Made by a program: the position numbers and the translations under genes. 64,000 nt of DNA. Source: Macrostomum lignano (lineage: Eukaryota). The stretch lies in contig NIVC01000899.1 in NCBI GenBank assembly GCA_002269645.1, forward strand, positions 1 through 64,000, in the 5' to 3' direction. The notes beneath the pieces were generated by a model that worked only from the letters and a program-made list of their open reading frames with translations, made no database searches and was not told the DNA's origin. Positions 60,445 through 64,000 of this stretch are shown one piece after another; position 1 is the stretch's first letter, and every line of letters begins with the position of its first letter.

Positions 60445-62341
60445 ATGTCAGAGAGAAGCGTCAGTCTCGAGCTGCTTGCGGTTGATGGACGGCGGTTTCG
60501 CTGCCGGCCCGACCCAAGGCACTTCGCTCCAGTTCAAGGCCGGTTCGGGCGCATCTTCAGAGTGCGCATCAGCGCAGCCGAGACTAGCGAAAGCACCGCA
60601 GACGAGACGGCGGCAGTTTACTGCGCGGACAAGGCCGGCAGGAAGCTGCTTAGCTGCTTCAGCATCCTAGCGCAGTTGAAGCACGATAACATTGTGCGCC
60701 TCATCGCAGCTGCCAGGGACGCTGACAGCGCCGCCTCGGTGTGCGTCCTCATGGAGTGGGTGGGCGCTGGCAGTCTACGCGACCTCATTGACCGAAGCGG
60801 CTGTCTGACAGAACCCTTGATTGGAGCGTACGCAAAACAGGTTTGTTTTATTCGTACATAGTCATTTAATTTAACTAATTTACATTGTTACATAACAATT
60901 AAAAACAAATTGACTTCGCAAACTGCAACATGGTCTCACTATCGGATGAGCTCTTGTCAATATCTGCTTTCTCTCTGTAAACTCTGATCCCGAAAAGGCA
61001 TTGTAAAAATTTACTTCAATGCGCAGATCGGATCGGCCTTGAATTACCTGCACAGCCGCAGCATTCTGCACCGCAATGTGAAATGCCGGTCCGCACTGAT
61101 CACGGAATCTGGCCATACTAAACTGGCCGGCTTCACCGCCTGCTGCCTCCTTGAAGAGGACGACCCTGACGCGTCGCTAGATGTCCGTCAGTTTGGCTGC
61201 TTTCTGGTCGAGATGGCTACCGGTAGGACCGGCTGCAAGGAGGCACCGGAATCTTCGACGAACCAGCTGCGCAGTCTGTGCGAAGCGTGCGCAGAGCAGC
61301 AGCGGCCTCGCATGGAGCAGCTGTTGCAGCTCGAATTTTTCCAGTGAGTCCTCGCTATTGCCTGAGTCTGGTAATAAAAGCTTAGAAATATCAGAATTGA
61401 GAGTGGCGTTTAGAATGGAAAACATGGAAAGCAAGGTCTTGGTTGAAAAAATACAGAAAAATGTTTTAACCAATGTTCGACAATGTCAAGTCGATTCTAT
61501 TCTAAGAAAGTATGAGCTATGAGCTATAAATATGAGCTAGAAAGTATGAGCTATAAATTAGATTGTCTAAAAAAGAACAAACACATAGACATGAACAAAT
61601 GGATTTCCTCTTCTAAAAAATTACTGAACAATCATTTCCTGTTAAAGTAATGCCATAATAATGCTTGTTTCCGCCGCTGTTGTAACAAACAGAACGATGC
61701 AGTCGCTTAAGCCTCTGCTGTCGCCGTCGCCTCCGACGCCGACGCAAGCCCTCAGACCGGTGAAATCTGATCGCTGCCTCCTGGGCGGCCGAGCTGAAGT
61801 AGGTGCCAGCGCACCCGAGGTCCTCCTGCCACAGCGCCGGCTTGGAGAGAGCGACGCCACCGAGGAGCTGGACGATGATGACGAGGCCGGAGCCCGCGGT
61901 CTGGACAAGTACCGGCAGACAGACGACGAGGATGAGGATTATTTCGAGCTGGAAGGGACGGATTTTGAAGAATTAATCGAAGAGGACGAAAATGAACAAG
62001 ATGAGGAGGATGCGCAGGCCTGTCAAATTGATCGAGAACGCCTGCTGGGCCGCGGCCGGTTCGGCTCTGTATTCCGCGCTGACCTGCACGGAATGCCGGC
62101 CGCTGCGTACAGAACAACGCCCGGATGTCCAGAGGAGACGCTAAAACAGTTTCGGGCAAGCTGTCTTATTCTTGGCAAACTGAGGCACGACTGCATTGTT
62201 CGACTCGTGAAAGTGCTGAGCGACAGCTCCGGCTGTCTGACAGTCCTCACGGAGCTAGTTGAAGGCCGCAATCTGCGCTCCATTCTGACTCAGCGAAAGG
62301 CCGGATTTAGAGAAGGCGACCTCCGATCCTACTGCCGACAG
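60445..62341 (+). CDS. STE11/MAP3K-derived pseudokinase gene, probably two kinase-like domains in tandem; 3'-partial
   Basis: Exons 60445-60840, 61027-61343 (or to stop 61347) and 61693-62341. Domain 1: GRFGRIF, LKHDNIVRL, LMEWVGAGSL, YLHSRSILHRNVKC, KLAGF, DVRQFGCFLVEMATG. Domain 2: LLGRGRFGSVF, LRHDCIVRL, LTELVEGRNL, YCRQ then donor GTATCA. Both domains have a phase-0 intron at the equivalent position. Rest of domain 2 not found in the window. Confidence 0.8.
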
Positions 62342-63089
62342 GTATCAACCATATACTAAAAATGGTCTGTCGGTAGGTAGGTATGTAGGTATGTGTGTGA
62401 TCGGTTTTAGCAAAAATGGCTCAACCGATTTTCTTCGAACTTGCACTGTTCGATCAGAAATTTTTCCGTGACGGTACCAAGGACTACTTAACAACTCCTT
62501 GTTAAGTACTGTAGTCCTTGGACGGTACATGCATCGTAACTAAGAAATTTCTCGATGCTAAAAGGATTAAATATTCGAAAAACATGCTTTTTTGCAAAGG
62601 TCAAGCAGCTCTTTCGACTTGAAATGCATTGTAAGAATGCTAGAGAAAAAAACTGACTGGTTGAATTCTGATTCTGAAATGGATTGCATCACAATTGGCT
62701 TTTTATTTATCGTCTGTGTAGTGGCTGAATTTTGAGACTGAATTGAACTGCGTCACAGTATTGAAAATGCAGTGTGGAAGCATAGCACAATTCTTGATTT
62801 ATATTGCGTAACCATATTGCTAACTTTAATACTGGTACTGACTTGCCTAAGAAATTGATTATGTCATTACTGCTTCGTGTGACTGAGTGTTGAATTATAA
62901 GTGCTACAAATAGATATACTAATTAATTTATAAATTCGATGAGAGCTAACCTAGATGTGACCACACTGGACGGCTAATGCAGCGACCTGAGTTCGAATCT
63001 TAGTAGTGTAAAAATAAAAGTAGCATATTTTTTTTATTTAAAGCTTTTATTAAAGGGCTAATTAAAAAGACCTGGATTATGGCGCTTGA

Positions 63090-63425
63090 TACACCAAGGA
63101 TTATTGCACTTGATAAACCAAGGATTACTGCACTTGATAAGCCAATGATTACTGCACTTGATAAACCAAGGATCACTGCACTTGATAAGCCAAGGATCAC
63201 TGCACTTGATAAGCCAATGATTACTGCACTTGATAAACCAAGGATTATTTCACTTGATAAACCAAGGATCACTGCGCTTGATAAACGAAGGATTATTGCA
63301 CTTGATAAGCTAAGGATTATTGCACTTGATAAACCAATGATTATTGCACTTGATAAGCCAAAAATTATTGCACTTGATAAGCCACGAATTATTGCACTTG
63401 ATAAACCACGGATTATTGCACTAGA
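63090..63425. repeat. 24-bp minisatellite (ATTATTGCACTTGATAAGCCAAGG), decaying to about 63640
   Basis: Tandem units; source of the RIIALDKP-repeat ORFs. Confidence 0.93.
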
Positions 63426-63779
63426 TTAGAAAGGGCTATTGTACTAGCCGAGACATTGATTTTTGGACTTGTTGAGTAAATGATTATTGCACTAGATGAG
63501 AAAATGATTATTTCACTGGCTTAGAAGCTGATTATTGCGCTGTCTAAAAAAGAGATTATTGCGCTAGCTGAGACGTGGATTGTTGCACAACCTGAGAAAG
63601 CGATTATTGCATTAGCAGAGGTAACATTTGCACTAGCTACTTGCTGTCTGGTGGATGCTTGCTCTCGAGGGGGGGGGTACCTGCTAATTGAGAGAGGGGG
63701 GGGGGTACTGGCTACATGTATGGTATTTTTTCTATCCAGGGATGCTTGCTATTCAGGGATTCTTGCTATCTGCAGGATG

Positions 63780-64000
63780 CTTGCTATCTGGGGTGATGCT
63801 TGCTATATGGGTGGATGCTTGCTATCTGCGGTTGCTTACTTTTGGAGGGGGTGCTTGCTATCTGCGGTTGCTTACTTTTGGAGGGGGTGCTTGCTATCTG
63901 CGGTTGCTTACTTTTGGAGGGGGTGCTTGCTATCTGCGGTTGCTTACTTTTGGAGGGGGTTTCTTGCTATCTGCGGTTGCCTACTTTTGGAGGGGGGTGC
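63780..64000. repeat. 36-bp minisatellite (TTGCTATCTGCGGTTGCTTACTTTTGGAGGGGGTGC), runs off the window end
   Basis: Tandem units. Confidence 0.93.

Noticed and set aside
40588-62341. IRF pair plus pseudokinase as a co-regulated immune gene cluster
   Set aside because: They are about 13 kb apart, separated by an unrelated SLC6 gene; adjacency alone is no evidence without synteny or co-expression data.

Overview
Eukaryotic, intron-rich animal DNA with GC-rich exons and many intronic minisatellites. A spliced-leader-like sequence at 31020-31062 suggests a free-living flatworm of the Macrostomum type (inference). I assembled seven spliced genes by hand, checking splice phases. (1) A 5'-partial conventional protein kinase C (+, 358-12074) has Glu rather than Ser in its hydrophobic motif. 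(2) An unrecognised 8-exon gene of about 732 aa (+, 15439-22857). (3) A dual-GAF cyclic-nucleotide phosphodiesterase of the PDE5/11 type (-, 24248-33479). (4) A tachykinin-receptor-like GPCR (-, 35561-37556). (5) Two tandem interferon regulatory factor (IRF) genes (-, 40588-43124 and 45961-47164), one of which is essentially a bare DNA-binding domain. (6) A GABA-transporter-like SLC6 gene (+, 51757-58186). (7) A 3'-partial gene that appears to join two MAP3K-derived pseudokinase domains in one reading frame (+, 60445 to beyond 62341). Mobile DNA comprises two tRNA-derived SINE families (one CORE-like), an internally deleted Tc1/mariner element with IR/DR ends, and a decayed hAT-like MITE. Five single-base frameshifts in otherwise intact exons fall in short homopolymer runs and look like long-read consensus errors. 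The best leads are the tandem double pseudokinase with an AP-1 minisatellite upstream, the IRF pair, the intronic spliced-leader copy, the orphan gene and the phosphomimetic cPKC tail. No database searches were run; family assignments come from recalled motifs.
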